A stretch of 64,000 bases of DNA, taken from positions 24,615 to 88,614 of the IMG/VR virus record IMGVR_UViG_3300021437_000012; one strand, given 5' to 3'. The translations under genes and the position numbers were made by a program. The notes beneath the pieces are model-generated. The model saw nothing but the letters and a program-made list of their open reading frames with translations, had not been told where the DNA came from and did not search any database. This DNA comes from a virus. This document shows positions 18,814 to 30,800 of the stretch, one piece after another (the stretch's first letter is position 1; every line of letters begins with the position of its first letter).

Positions 18814-19418
18814 ACTTTGGCGTTAATGTACAGATTGATAGTACAGTAGCAGAAATGCTTAATAAAATAAGTGGTGGGCTTCCTGAAGCGGCACGTAAAA
18901 TTGCGCTTGGTGTGCTTTCAACCGTCGCAATGGAAGTGTCAGATAACGCGCAGAGCGGAAGACCGTATTTAAACCGAGGGTATGGGGTGTTATCCGATGC
19001 TTGGAAACTTTCGGCAAGTGGTCAGCATAACATAAATTCTGAACTACGGGTTGAATCTACTACGGATGGTGTAGAAGTATCTTTCGCTCCTGACTTACCA
19101 TACACTTGGATTCATGATACTGGCGGAGAAATTACGCCTAAGAATTCACAGTACCTTGCTATTCCTTTAGGTAACTTTGGTGGGTTAGGCCCTCGTGCTT
19201 TTGGTGATTTGTTTGTAATACGTACAAAAAATAACAATTTACTTCTTGCTAGACGTACACGAAATAAAGCATTAGAGTTTCTTTTTGTGTTAAAGAAACG
19301 TGTTGAAATTCCTGCACGTCACTATATTTCAGATGCTATTGCAGTAGCTTCTGAGACCGCTACTTATGTAGGTGTTGGGGTGTTAAACGACTTAATTCGC
19401 GAGGCAACCAGTGGCTAG
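18810..19418 (+). CDS. Virion morphogenesis (neck/tail completion) protein
   Basis: YTWIHDTGGEITPKNSQYLAIPL...VEIPARHY. Confidence 0.65.
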   Translation: MNFGVNVQIDSTVAEMLNKISGGLPEAARKIALGVLSTVAMEVSDNAQSGRPYLNRGYGVLSDAWKLSASGQHNINSELRVESTTDGVEVSFAPDLPYTWIHDTGGEITPKNSQYLAIPLGNFGGLGPRAFGDLFVIRTKNNNLLLARRTRNKALEFLFVLKKRVEIPARHYISDAIAVASETATYVGVGVLNDLIREATSG

Positions 19419-19884
19419 TTCTGTTAAAGAAGTTGGGCTTGCTGCGATTAGAACGGATTTATTGGGCATTAACGCTATAACACCATACAATTTTAAGGTA
19501 GAGATTGTGTCGCGAGATGTGGCACCGCCTGAACGGTTAAAAGTAATTTCAGGGGATGTCGCAGCGATAGCTATGCTAGACGGTATTGAAACTAAACACC
19601 GACAAGTTTCTAATCGAGTTATTGTATGGAGAGTACCAGTTACTTTACTTTGTTACATCAAGCGTAATCCAGATGAGTCTGGGTCTGCTACTCTGAATAA
19701 ATTACGTTCCGATGTGTTTATTGCACTGTATTCTTCGAGTAAGTGGAATCATAGCGGTAACGTGATACTAACTGATCCTTTATCATTCGACCCACTTGCT
19801 GTTGCTGGTGTTGACCTTCTTTGTCTTATTGTGGATTTTTATTTTTTGTGCTCTCATACGTGGGATGATCCGACTACAACATGA
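19411..19884 (+). CDS. Putative tail terminator protein
   Basis: Size and position before the tail tube gene. Confidence 0.5.
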   Translation: MASSVKEVGLAAIRTDLLGINAITPYNFKVEIVSRDVAPPERLKVISGDVAAIAMLDGIETKHRQVSNRVIVWRVPVTLLCYIKRNPDESGSATLNKLRSDVFIALYSSSKWNHSGNVILTDPLSFDPLAVAGVDLLCLIVDFYFLCSHTWDDPTTT

Positions 19885-20111
19885 GTAGACGATATGGGCG
19901 TATTGGAGAAGCTGTATCATTGATTCTTTCTGATATGACAGGAAAAGACGCTTCTTGCTTCATTGAGTCTGATGATAACGGACCCTATGTTGACTTAGAC
20001 ACCAGACGTGTTAAACTGTTACTAGCGGATGTAACTCTAGTTACACTCGAAGAATCTGAAGCGCCACCAACATCCGGCGTCTGTAACTCAGGAGACAAAA
20101 AGTGTCCGTAA
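19881..20111 (+). CDS. Hypothetical protein
   Basis: Overlaps both neighbours. Confidence 0.4.
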   Translation: MSRRYGRIGEAVSLILSDMTGKDASCFIESDDNGPYVDLDTRRVKLLLADVTLVTLEESEAPPTSGVCNSGDKKCP

Positions 20112-21199
20112 TAAATCTCGCTGTAGGCGCCCCATTTTATGGTGGTTTTAAGCAGGTTACTTCTGCCCCCGATTGGGATGGCGTGATCACCACTCAGGGA
20201 GTACTTTTAGGATCTGGTGATGGGTTAGAAATATTGCCTACAGGCGTCCCAATGACAAAATTGGGATTTGTTGAAGACAACTCGCTTAATTCAACCGGCG
20301 TGCAACGTAAGCGCCAACTTCGTACTATTGATTGTGAAGGCAGCATTCAGGTTCTTTGTCGGTATCGTGGGTGTGAACGTTTAATTTTTGGTTGGTTTGG
20401 TACGGATACAATGACTGGGCCAACTGATACAGTAGTCTACACACATAAGGCTACTATCAACACCATCAATAAAGGTAACATCTTTAACTTTGCAGCTTAC
20501 GACAACCTTGTATGTCGTGATTTTCCTGTTTGTAAAGTTGAACATCTTAAGATGGAATTCGCGGAAAATACGCTCAGCGTGCTAGAAGCGGGGTTAGTTG
20601 CGAAACGTGAACTTCAGGATGGTTCTGGGCTTAATACAACTTCTACCATTACAAGTGTAACGCTACCATCACCGAAAGAGTACGTTGTGCTTTCTGCTGC
20701 TTCGACTGTTCTTCGTATGAAGACAGTTACGGGAAGTGAAACTGCACTCGGGTCGAATGACATTCTGTATCCGTCAAAGATTAGTTTGACGTTCGCTCGT
20801 AAATATAAGAAGCGTCGTTCAACGCGCAACAATCCGTACATTGATGAGCCCGTTGCCGGTGCTTGGTTCTTAATTGGTGGTTCTTTTACATTGCCAATCG
20901 ACGACGCCACTGCGTACTGGACTGATATCGTAGGCGCCTCCGAAAAGAAAATGGACATTACATTTACAGGTGGTGCAATCGCAGGATCAGCGTCAAGTTT
21001 TTACACGTGGTTGTTTGAGTATCCGTCTATGATTATTGAGTCTGGCGGGTTGCCGAACATCAACACACCGGATTTACTCGAAGTAACTTTTCCGTTCACT
21101 GCACATCGTGCAGACGCTAACCCTGGTGGCATGTCTTTCCAGCTTCCTCAGTTCACTTGTAAGAATCTTGTTAGCACGTCTTTCCTTAACGGAGGATAA
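20102..21199 (+). CDS. Major tail tube protein
   Basis: GGAG RBS, beta-rich 365 aa, directly before chaperone and tape measure genes. Confidence 0.7.
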   Translation: MSVINLAVGAPFYGGFKQVTSAPDWDGVITTQGVLLGSGDGLEILPTGVPMTKLGFVEDNSLNSTGVQRKRQLRTIDCEGSIQVLCRYRGCERLIFGWFGTDTMTGPTDTVVYTHKATINTINKGNIFNFAAYDNLVCRDFPVCKVEHLKMEFAENTLSVLEAGLVAKRELQDGSGLNTTSTITSVTLPSPKEYVVLSAASTVLRMKTVTGSETALGSNDILYPSKISLTFARKYKKRRSTRNNPYIDEPVAGAWFLIGGSFTLPIDDATAYWTDIVGASEKKMDITFTGGAIAGSASSFYTWLFEYPSMIIESGGLPNINTPDLLEVTFPFTAHRADANPGGMSFQLPQFTCKNLVSTSFLNGG

Positions 21200-21200
21200 C

Positions 21201-21569
21201 TTGAAGATTGATATTCGTAAAGGTAGGCTTGTTGAGTGGGCGCCGCCTGGTGAGTTGAATGTAGTTAAGTTGTACATTCGTGGAGTGCCTATTGCAAAGC
21301 AGATTGAACTTGTAGAGCGATTTGTAGGTCCACGAGCTAATGAAGAAGGGACACCAAAGTTTGATCCTAAGACGATTGGCGAGATCCAGCAAGTTGTAGT
21401 CGAAGCTACTTCTTCATGGGAAGGTGTAGACGAAGGCGATAAACAAGCAGAGTGCAATGTAGAGAATAAAACGGCGTTTTATGAAATGTACCCGGATGCG
21501 CGAGATACCGTTTTTCGTGCGCTACTTGCAACCACGTCTACAAATACTTCGGAAAAAAAAGTTCATTAG
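21201..21569 (+). CDS. Tail assembly chaperone (gpG-like)
   Basis: GGAGG RBS plus TTG; ends at slippery GAAAAAAAAG. Confidence 0.7.
   Translation: MKIDIRKGRLVEWAPPGELNVVKLYIRGVPIAKQIELVERFVGPRANEEGTPKFDPKTIGEIQQVVVEATSSWEGVDEGDKQAECNVENKTAFYEMYPDARDTVFRALLATTSTNTSEKKVH
21552..21561 (+). other. Programmed -1 frameshift site
   Basis: GAA AAA AAA G; the -1 frame is open (SSLEIWVRFC...) into the 21578-21973 ORF. Confidence 0.75.
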
Positions 21570-21577
21570 AGATTTGG

Positions 21578-21973
21578 GTGAGATTTTGCTTGTCTCATCC
21601 GACTATTCGGTGTTGGGAAGTTACTGCGGCTGATGGTACTAAGTATGGGTGTGATCATTTAAAAGTGGTTGCGCCGGAGCGCGCGTACAAGTGTTCCACA
21701 TGTCCTTTACCTAAAGCGGACCCTGGCCCCGAAATCCGCTCTATATATACGTTATATAATTTTATATTTGCATTCCCTGAAAATTCTATCTTCTTTAAAG
21801 ATAGATGGGCGCGCGTACGTCGTAGTATGCCCACAGAACAGTGGGATGACCTACTTAGCAGTTTCTATGTGATTCGTGCTATAGTGGATCGAACTAATGT
21901 GGCTGCTCAAGCAGTCGCCCAAGCGCAAATAGAAGCGAACTTAGCGCTGAAAAAGCGCCAATCTAGGATTTAA
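21578..21973 (+). CDS. gpT-like frameshift extension of the tail chaperone
   Basis: -1 frame relative to 21201-21569, no clear RBS, precedes tape measure. Confidence 0.65.
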   Translation: MRFCLSHPTIRCWEVTAADGTKYGCDHLKVVAPERAYKCSTCPLPKADPGPEIRSIYTLYNFIFAFPENSIFFKDRWARVRRSMPTEQWDDLLSSFYVIRAIVDRTNVAAQAVAQAQIEANLALKKRQSRI

Positions 21974-21974
21974 C

Positions 21975-24824
21975 GTGGCTGATAACGCAAACGTTAATAT
22001 CAAAGTCACAGCTACTACGGGTGACGCCAATGCGTCTATTCAGGTGCTTACTCAAACAGTACAGCAGCTTGCGTCAAATATGCAGACTGCGTTTATATCT
22101 GCGTCCGCGGCTACTGCGCAATTAGCAGATCATATTCAGGGGCTTGGGCAAAAGCATGAAGAGGCGGGGCATAAAACAGAAGCTCACAGCGTTGCACTCG
22201 GAATGCTTATTGCGGAAGGTGTTGAAAAGTGTATAGAGAAGGGGCGTGAATTAATTGAAACTTTACGTGAATGGTCACACGAAGCCGCTGTAAATGAACA
22301 GGCTAATATTCTTCTTGATAATGCTCTGCGCGCCCAAGGTAGTTTTACTCCTGAATTGTCCGCACATTATAAGGAATTAGCAGACCATCTTTCTAACGTA
22401 GCGGGTGTTGCAGATAATCAAGTTGTTACTGCGTTAACTGGACTTATTACTATAGGTAATGTGTCAGCAGTAAATATGGATCGAGTTACCAAAGCTGCTA
22501 TGAACTTTGGTGATCAGATGGGCTATTCACTACCGCAAGCAATGAGTATGGTGGAACGGGCGGCTGCCGGCCATACAACAATGTTGCATCGTATGGGACT
22601 TAATTTCGTTGAGACTGGTGATAAGGTAAAGGACTTCAACCATGTTCTTGAAGCTATGGAACAAATGAGTCGTGGCGCTACAGATTCTATGCAAACTTCC
22701 GTTATTCGTATGGAAGCACAAATGAACATATCACTTGGTAAGATGGAGGAGACTATAGGTAGTGTAGTTAATGATGGAATTAAACCATTCATTATTGTTA
22801 TTCGAGATGCAGCACAAGAAGTGCAGAGATTCGTAGAAGAACATAGAACCGAAATTCTTAACGACTTCAAAACTGCACTTGAACTTCTTGTACCAATTTT
22901 GACAGTGTTAGCAAAACAGGTGGTGGTTGTAGGTCTTGAAATCGCAGAGTTAGCTGACACTATACATAGATTTGGTGGGCCTATAAAAGAATCAGTCGAA
23001 TCATTTAACTCGTGGGGTAATGCCTCCCATTCGTTAATTATGGCTTTAACGCCACTTGCAGTACCACTGCAAGTTTTGAATTTTGCTATAGACAAAATAA
23101 GCAGTGGTCTGCAAATTCTTTTGCAGGGGTTTGCAGACCTTACTTCAGGATTGGCTGAAAATCCTATGTTTACAGGCGCAATAGCAGCTAAATTAGGTAT
23201 TACTAAAGACGGGTTAGAGAATCTTTCTGGAGGCTTTCAAGATTTAGCTGATAGGGTTAAGAATTCTTCAGCAAAACACGAAGATTTTAAAAAGAAATTA
23301 GAGGAGATAGGTACAACTATTAATGGCAATATTGACGAAACAATGACTAAACTACAAAAGTTATTAGCCGATGTAGGTAAAGAAGGTATGAATGCAGGCA
23401 AAGGCGTTAAGGATGGCGCGGATTTAATGGGGCCTTCGCTATCAAGTGTACCGCCAATTATTCAACAGATAGGGGACCATGTTTTCATAGTAGGTAAGCA
23501 GTTCGACGACACATTTACTCGAATCAAAAACTTAACACGCGATGAAACGCAGTTACTTGGCTCTTTACGTGATGCTTTACCCGATGTACTCGCTGAAAAA
23601 GTCGATACTTTAGAGCAGCGCTTTGCTCTATTGACTAAAACTTTAGGGGATTCAACCAAAGCTTCGATATTGCTTAAATCTGAAGCTAAGGGGATAGCTG
23701 ATAAGTACAAAGAAATGGGGGAAATAGTCCCTTACTCCGTACAAAAAATTATTGATTATAGTGGCGCCGCAGAAAAAGCTGCCAAAATGCACGCTGCGGC
23801 AGTTAAGCAAGTTACAGATAACTTAAAGGAACAGGCTAAGGTTGCGGAAGAAGCAGCGAAGTCTGCTGGTAAGGGTTATGACATGACTTCACCCGCAGGT
23901 CTTGAGGCAACTAAGAAAGCTGCTGATGCAGCCGCTGCGGCTTATGCTAATGTTGCGCAAAGTTCCAAGAATATGGGTAAAGAAGCAACAGAAGCGGCGA
24001 AATCTGCTGCGCAACAAATGGTTCAACTTGTGATGGGCACCGCTAAGTTCGCAAATGAGTTAGAGCGTATCAAAGCTGTAACAGCATCTATAACCATTAC
24101 TTCGGATGAAAAAGTTGATATAGACCCAAAATCTGGCCCTATAAAAAATATCCTTGACGACATCAATACTATGGTTAAGAACAATGCGCCCGGTGCTCAA
24201 TGGTTAAAAACGTTTGCAGAAAATCTTAAGTCCGGCGATCTTGGTGCAATGAAAAAAGAAGTTGATATGTTAAATCAGCAACTTCAAACTTGGGTTGGCG
24301 CTGGTTATGACCACATTTCGGGAGATTTAAAGAACTTAGTTTTTAGTCTTCAGAATAAGTTAAACGAAGCCCAAATTGCAATTGGTAATCAACAGAAAGA
24401 TGTCATACAGTCTTCGGCCGATGTGCAAGATGCAGGGGTAGATGCGTACCACCAAATTGGTGATGCAGCAACTTACGCAGCCCGCGCGATTAATGGAGTT
24501 GCGCAAGCTAATCGTTCAGTGATCGGAGAACCTACTACTGCAAACAAAGTTCGAGGCGGTGGTGGGCTTCGTGATGTTGGGCCTGCGGATACTCAGGGTG
24601 GGTTGATAAATGCGACAGTAGATAATACAAAAGAGCTTGGTGGACTTCGTAATGATACCCGTAGTAGTGCTGATAAGATTGTTAAATCTCTGGGTGAAAA
24701 AAATGATACGATGATTAAACTTTTGCGCGGATTAGTGGATAAACCGGCTATTGATGCAGGAACACTTACGACTGTATTAGCAAAAGCGCAACGTCAGGGT
24801 CTCGCAAAGCCAGGTAATCCATAA
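21975..24824 (+). CDS. Tape measure protein
   Basis: 949 aa, Ala-rich and helical; canonical position. Confidence 0.85.
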   Translation: MADNANVNIKVTATTGDANASIQVLTQTVQQLASNMQTAFISASAATAQLADHIQGLGQKHEEAGHKTEAHSVALGMLIAEGVEKCIEKGRELIETLREWSHEAAVNEQANILLDNALRAQGSFTPELSAHYKELADHLSNVAGVADNQVVTALTGLITIGNVSAVNMDRVTKAAMNFGDQMGYSLPQAMSMVERAAAGHTTMLHRMGLNFVETGDKVKDFNHVLEAMEQMSRGATDSMQTSVIRMEAQMNISLGKMEETIGSVVNDGIKPFIIVIRDAAQEVQRFVEEHRTEILNDFKTALELLVPILTVLAKQVVVVGLEIAELADTIHRFGGPIKESVESFNSWGNASHSLIMALTPLAVPLQVLNFAIDKISSGLQILLQGFADLTSGLAENPMFTGAIAAKLGITKDGLENLSGGFQDLADRVKNSSAKHEDFKKKLEEIGTTINGNIDETMTKLQKLLADVGKEGMNAGKGVKDGADLMGPSLSSVPPIIQQIGDHVFIVGKQFDDTFTRIKNLTRDETQLLGSLRDALPDVLAEKVDTLEQRFALLTKTLGDSTKASILLKSEAKGIADKYKEMGEIVPYSVQKIIDYSGAAEKAAKMHAAAVKQVTDNLKEQAKVAEEAAKSAGKGYDMTSPAGLEATKKAADAAAAAYANVAQSSKNMGKEATEAAKSAAQQMVQLVMGTAKFANELERIKAVTASITITSDEKVDIDPKSGPIKNILDDINTMVKNNAPGAQWLKTFAENLKSGDLGAMKKEVDMLNQQLQTWVGAGYDHISGDLKNLVFSLQNKLNEAQIAIGNQQKDVIQSSADVQDAGVDAYHQIGDAATYAARAINGVAQANRSVIGEPTTANKVRGGGGLRDVGPADTQGGLINATVDNTKELGGLRNDTRSSADKIVKSLGEKNDTMIKLLRGLVDKPAIDAGTLTTVLAKAQRQGLAKPGNP

Positions 24825-26341
24825 TGATATACGGAGCTATACAGTGTTTATCCGAGGTGCAAGCACATGGTCGATTGGCGGATACTGCTTCTTTACATCT
24901 TACGGATATGAGTGCAGAAATAAAAGGATTGCGCGTTGATGTTCAACCTAGTGGTACGTATGCCATATTGTCAAAAGGTGGATTAAACGCTACTGACAAG
25001 GCAAATTATTGGATTGGTTACTACTACTCATCAGGTGCCTACTATCTTAAAGCGGGCTTCATGACTAGTGCTGGCGTCGAGAAATCTCTTACGTACCAAG
25101 TGACTTTGAATATTGGGCAGTGGTACGCTGTTTTATATACGTTCAATAATACGACTAAAGCGTCTGCTCTATATCTTGCTATTCGTAAAAGTTTTACTAA
25201 TCCGGTAAGTACGTATACACAAGTTGCTACTGGAGTACATACCGCAGCAACACCCAACGCAAGTACAGCTATGTTACGTATTGGTGCGGATACTGATGCA
25301 ACGGGTGTACTAGCAAATACAGCAAATATTAGTGTAACTGAAGTTGGTGTATTCCCGCAGGCTTACGCAATGGGGGATTTAGACTCATTTTTATCCACTA
25401 GATTTCAGTATACAGCGCTAACTGCTTCAGTTTTGTACGCTTGCGATGAGGGTTCAGGAAATACATTATATGATCGTAGTAGCAGCGGACTTAATATGGA
25501 ACTTGTCGCGAGTCCACCTTGGACAGATGGGCCTCCTGATTTATTCTATTCTACAGGCCAAGTTGATGGACCACTAATCGGCGTACTTAGTGCTACACGT
25601 CGTCCTCAAACTGTGATCACATCTGATGATGAAGATGCTAGTTACCCGGTTACAGAGTTAAAAGTACCACGTTGCGACCACGTTACACGCACTAATAGCG
25701 CTACTGGTGGTAAAACTTGGATATTTAATTTTAACCAACCATATACTATAGTAGCAATTTCTATACGTAACCACAATTTTTCGAGCAAGAGCGCAGTTCA
25801 TGCAGAACTGAGTTCTTCAAATTCATGGGGTGGTCCGTCTGAATGTAGTGAAGCGTTAACGTACGCACCGAACAACTATAACCATATTTTTCAGCGTCAT
25901 CATCAAGCACAATGGGCACGATTAACAGTTAGTGATGATACAAATTCCAATGGCTATTTGTCTGTAGGCACGATTGATTGGTGGTATTGTTGGGAGTCTA
26001 GTGAAGGTATTGAGTTAGCTTCAAAAACGATCACTATTCATGATCCATCAAAACTTACTCGTACAAGACAGGGGGATGCTACGCTTCGTGAATTGGATAT
26101 TTTTACTAGCGTTCAGCTAGATTTTACTTTTATACAACGTGACGCTGCATTAGAATTTAAACGACTTTTTAATCTAGCTGTAGGTTCTGCTGGGTATGTT
26201 TTTGTATGCGATGAACCTAAGCGTAATTTAGCGCACGCAATCTATGGTCCGATTATATCGTGCGCTACTGAAGTTCCTGAAGATGCAGCTTTTCAAGAAA
26301 CTCATCTTAGTACGTTAGTGATTGCAGAGGATAAAGCTTGA
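24824..26341 (+). CDS. Tail protein with LamG/concanavalin-like N-domain (distal tail-like)
   Basis: GQWYAV..LRIG..DEGSGNTLYD; follows tape measure. Confidence 0.6.
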   Translation: MIYGAIQCLSEVQAHGRLADTASLHLTDMSAEIKGLRVDVQPSGTYAILSKGGLNATDKANYWIGYYYSSGAYYLKAGFMTSAGVEKSLTYQVTLNIGQWYAVLYTFNNTTKASALYLAIRKSFTNPVSTYTQVATGVHTAATPNASTAMLRIGADTDATGVLANTANISVTEVGVFPQAYAMGDLDSFLSTRFQYTALTASVLYACDEGSGNTLYDRSSSGLNMELVASPPWTDGPPDLFYSTGQVDGPLIGVLSATRRPQTVITSDDEDASYPVTELKVPRCDHVTRTNSATGGKTWIFNFNQPYTIVAISIRNHNFSSKSAVHAELSSSNSWGGPSECSEALTYAPNNYNHIFQRHHQAQWARLTVSDDTNSNGYLSVGTIDWWYCWESSEGIELASKTITIHDPSKLTRTRQGDATLRELDIFTSVQLDFTFIQRDAALEFKRLFNLAVGSAGYVFVCDEPKRNLAHAIYGPIISCATEVPEDAAFQETHLSTLVIAEDKA

Positions 26342-27486
26342 TTATCGCGCCGTGGGAGTGGAGCTTACTTAATGCTGCTGGAGCATCAGTTACTACTTCT
26401 ACCAGTTCGTTTGAATTAGCATTTCCTGCGTCCAATTTATTCACGGCGGATAAACGTCAACCAGCAGTTTTTCGTGGTGGATTTTTGGTAGTTACTGGGT
26501 CTAATGATAAAATTGATTTTCGTGGTAATACAAAACATGCAACATTAAATGCTGGCTGGTATCGTTCTCCTGCGGAGTTTGCGCAAGAAATTGCTAGAGC
26601 TATGACCGCCGCTGACACAGTAGAATGGCGTTGGTGGTGGAAACAAGGCTCTACAGACAGACATCGGTTTGAAGGCGGACCAATTACAGGCACGTCTACA
26701 CTTGATATCTTAACTGGGACTAGTCATACTAAGAATTCCTTAAATTTGCTTGCAGGATTCCGTAATCAAGACCGCACTGCTGCATCTACACATACAGGGG
26801 ATTTTGCTGCTATTCATTCGCGGGACCAAGTGGTTGTGGATTTAGGGCTTACCGCTACGGCCCATGCATCTTTCATTGTTGGGTTAAAATCTTCTCCTGA
26901 TGCAGTAGTTTGGTTACAAGAGGATAGCGTCGATCCTCCTACAGCGTCAGACGGTATTTATTTTCCAGGACATGCTGATGAATCAATTCTTGCGCTATAC
27001 AATATCGTGGGTAGTCTTCATCGATATGTAGGACTTAATATAAATGATGCAGCTAACTCCGCTGCACAACGTACTCAAATAGGTGCGTGGTGGTACGGTC
27101 CTGTTTTCAATACTATGCGCACTACTTTGTATAGTATCGAATGGGAATGGCAAAGTTATAAGCGCAAAGGCGAACTACATCGTGCAGAAGTTGATGGTGT
27201 TTTAGGCCGTCCATTTTTTTCTGAAATGGCACCAGGGGAGACATTTAGTGTATCTTTTGCTTCTGCTCCAGGACTTAATCCTGAACTTATTGCTCCTGCA
27301 CAGAGTCTAATGGAAACTTTAGGTAACCATGGGTTAGCTTTCGTAGGACTTGATCCTGTTAATGAACCAATACGTGAAACTAGGCTATGCTATCTAACAC
27401 CATCACCGATTCATCGCATTGAAGGTGGAACATTAGATGGCTGCTATTCAATGAATTTTGATGGTATAATTGCTGAGGTAGCTTAA
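26338..27486 (+). CDS. Minor tail protein
   Basis: Position, beta-rich. Confidence 0.5.
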   Translation: MIIAPWEWSLLNAAGASVTTSTSSFELAFPASNLFTADKRQPAVFRGGFLVVTGSNDKIDFRGNTKHATLNAGWYRSPAEFAQEIARAMTAADTVEWRWWWKQGSTDRHRFEGGPITGTSTLDILTGTSHTKNSLNLLAGFRNQDRTAASTHTGDFAAIHSRDQVVVDLGLTATAHASFIVGLKSSPDAVVWLQEDSVDPPTASDGIYFPGHADESILALYNIVGSLHRYVGLNINDAANSAAQRTQIGAWWYGPVFNTMRTTLYSIEWEWQSYKRKGELHRAEVDGVLGRPFFSEMAPGETFSVSFASAPGLNPELIAPAQSLMETLGNHGLAFVGLDPVNEPIRETRLCYLTPSPIHRIEGGTLDGCYSMNFDGIIAEVA

Positions 27487-27866
27487 TGGCACTTGCAACA
27501 CCTGTATGGATTCAACCAATTGCTGATGAAGCGGATTTACGGCTTGATGAGCGTATCTTATTTCAATGGACTAAAATTAGTGGCGGCGGGAACTTTAAGT
27601 ACTACCGAATCTTATTTTATTCCGATTCTGGTGGCACTACTTTAGTGCATGACACGTTATGGCAACCTACACACGCACAACGCGGTGGCGATGGGTGGGC
27701 AACTCGTGAAGCCTCAGCACTTGGGTTTACATCTGCAACATCTTACTGGCGTAAAGTTGGCGTACGAGATGATGCGGCAGCAACTTCAAGTTATTCTACA
27801 TTGTTCAAATTTACTATGGAAACAGTAAAGTTGTCTGCAACTAATTGGGAGAAAGCGCAACCATGA
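27486..27866 (+). CDS. Ig/FN3-like virion protein
   Basis: FQW...YYRI...YWRKVGVRD pattern. Confidence 0.45.
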   Translation: MALATPVWIQPIADEADLRLDERILFQWTKISGGGNFKYYRILFYSDSGGTTLVHDTLWQPTHAQRGGDGWATREASALGFTSATSYWRKVGVRDDAAATSSYSTLFKFTMETVKLSATNWEKAQP

Positions 27867-30800
27867 ACCGACGTGGTTCGCGTCCCGGTGCAGATTCTAC
27901 TACGGTATTACTGCTTGATCGGTTATCAGGTACTCCTCGCGATTTAAGTTTATACGAACAAGTAATTACAGTGGAAAATACTTCAGGGGAACTGCCGCAG
28001 CCCGGACTTGGGTACTTCGGAGATGGTGTTAGACTTGGTAATATCGGAGTTTCGCCAGAAAATGGGTTACCTAGAATTAAAATTGCGCAAGCAGCTAGTC
28101 TAGATTTAGGTACATTACTTACTTTTGAAACTGCTTACTACCGTGCAAATACCGCGGATGCTACTTATTACATTGCATCGCGTAAAGATGGGTCCAATAA
28201 TCTTTCTTGGGAAGTGAAACACGCTAACTTTGCAATTACGTTTGCGATAGAGAATCCGTCTGGAACCGGGGATACACTTTCAATTAGCGTGCCTATAGGT
28301 CAAAATCTTACTACTCTTGCACGTTGGTACTATGTACGATTTGTAGCCGACTTAAACAATGGGTGGCTCTACGGGTTCCTTAATGGAAATTTGCGCGCGA
28401 AGAAAAGTACAGCGTTAGTGGCTTTACGTACGGCAAGTTTAGGGCCGTTATACATCGGAGCTAATGCTAGATTAAGCTCGTCACTAGATTATTCGTTTGG
28501 TGGGCATATCTCTAATGTCAAATTACGCAATGTTGCCGATTTTGATGAAACTACGCTCCCACAAAATATACTCCTTTCAGACCACATTACTACTAAACAA
28601 ACTCGTGCGTTGGAATACGATTTAGGTGAGATTGTTGAAAGTAACACTTGGGTAGACGATACGGCTGGTGGATTTTATACTAGTGCAGCTAGTTTAGGTC
28701 TAATTAATTTTTTGGTGGATGACACCGATTTAGCAGGATTTACGCTTACTACTTCTGGTGGTGTTACCACAACACTTACAAAAGTGGGTAATATAACTGA
28801 TGTAGATTCTACAGCTAATACGTATTGTTACGACGCAGCAAGTAATCGAATTTACGCAAATCCGAATCCATCAACGTATGCCACTGCACTACTTCGAGTT
28901 ACTTATAGGTGTGCAGATCATACTCTAGCTATAGCAGGTCGTAATTATCGAGGTACTTTAGTAGTTTCTGATGCTGGGCATTTAGCTACTAATTACATAT
29001 TCGCACCATTACCATTATCAAGTGGTGGTCGTATCGCTATATCTAGACAACATCCAGATCATCCCGCGTCGTTCGGTGGAGAATCTAGTAGTAAGATTGT
29101 GTGGCCTGGCGCTCCTGTACGATTATATAAAATTTTTGATCACGGGTCTTGGAGTGAAAAAATACCAATTTTTACTGGGTACGTAGAAACTTCACCTGCT
29201 GATGACCGCGATGTTATTGCTGTTAATATTGGTCCTCGTCATATGAAACTTGATAAAGTTGTCGTAGAGCCACATACAATCAACGTAACGGATTACCCAT
29301 ACGCACCTAAAGAGGCAATTGGGTATAAATTCCCTACAATCTGGGGTGTAGGACATCTACGTGTACCTGCTCCATGCGTAGATGTAACTCCTACAGTCAT
29401 AAGTGGAGTTACTTGTTACAAACGTAAAATTTCAGCACGGGCAATAACTTCAATTACTCAACTAGGTTCAGGTAACTCAGCTTTACTTTATTTCACCAAT
29501 GTTGATCTTAGCGTAGGTACTCTTTATTCTTCAGAAGCCCCCACGACAGAATTGTGGGCAAACGTTTCAGGTTATGGAACTCCATCTAGCGCTACTAGTG
29601 CAGCAGGTATATTTATTAAGTCGTTTAGTACTCCAACAGAAGCTATTACAGATCCTATGACGTGGCTAAAGACATGGTTATCATTACTGATTGATTTACC
29701 ATCGTCAGCAATGAGCGATTCAACATGGGCGAATACTGCTACACGAGTACTACTTGGGCGTCGTTTCTGTGAAGTAATGGACGGATTAGGTAGCGGTGCT
29801 GCGGAACTGCAAAGATTTTTTCAAGAAACAGTTACTTTTTTACGGCCTTATGTAGATGGGACTTATGGGTGGTCTGACGTAGATAAAACTACAGTAAGCA
29901 GTGGCGTACTACGAGATTGCAATATTATTTCTGACTTATGGTATAACGACATTGATAAATTAAGTAGACGGGCGGATGGGGAGTGCTACGAATACCAATT
30001 AAGAAGTGATGGCACTACCTCTAGCAGTGCGCCTTTCTCACTAAGTCCGTTAAAATCCGATGTTCGTTATTTGCTTAATCCTGGTTGGAATCCTCCAGGT
30101 GGAAAAACTAGATTTATGTCCACCGGCAGCGCAAATAACTGGCTTCAAAATATGGTTCGTAGATTTCTTGAGGAAGTTGGGCAACTTAGGGATATAACGG
30201 TAAGTCCTAAGTACGCTTCAATTAAAGTGCTGGACGTACTTACCGATTATACGAGTAACTCTCAAGCTGGTAATGGAGCGAGACTTCGAGTCTTTAGTCG
30301 CGAAGAAACACCAGAGGGTAATCTAAAGTTAATCGTAGTTCCTGAAACTTTATTTCCGGCAAATGGTGCTCAACCTTACGATATACGAGATTCTTACGGT
30401 CCACAACGACATTTTAGTTTTGGTAAATCTAGTGGACAGTCAGTTTCTTCCGCTGGTGTTTGGAGTGTGGTTGGCGATTATACGAAACTCTTTCAAGGTT
30501 CAGTGTGTCGCTTTCCACCCTCTGGTGTATCACACCGTTTAGCTATACGTGCACAACGCATCGGTGGAAGTAATGATACGGATTTAGCTTTTAGATTACG
30601 CACTGCTAGTGGGCATACTATCGCCAGCATCGCGGGTGTGACCACAGCGGCCCAGTTCGTCTCTACAACGAGCTTCACTAACATACCGACGATTGATGAA
30701 TTGATTTGGTTAGAGGTACAGACTAATTATGGTGCGACCGGAACGGTGTGGAGCGCGTCATGGGAAAGCGAAGAGACGGCCGCGTCTCCTGGCGACCCGA

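Noticed and set aside
21108-21200. ORF-track start for the tail chaperone
   Set aside because: Overlaps the tail tube gene; GGAGG plus TTG at 21201 is the better start
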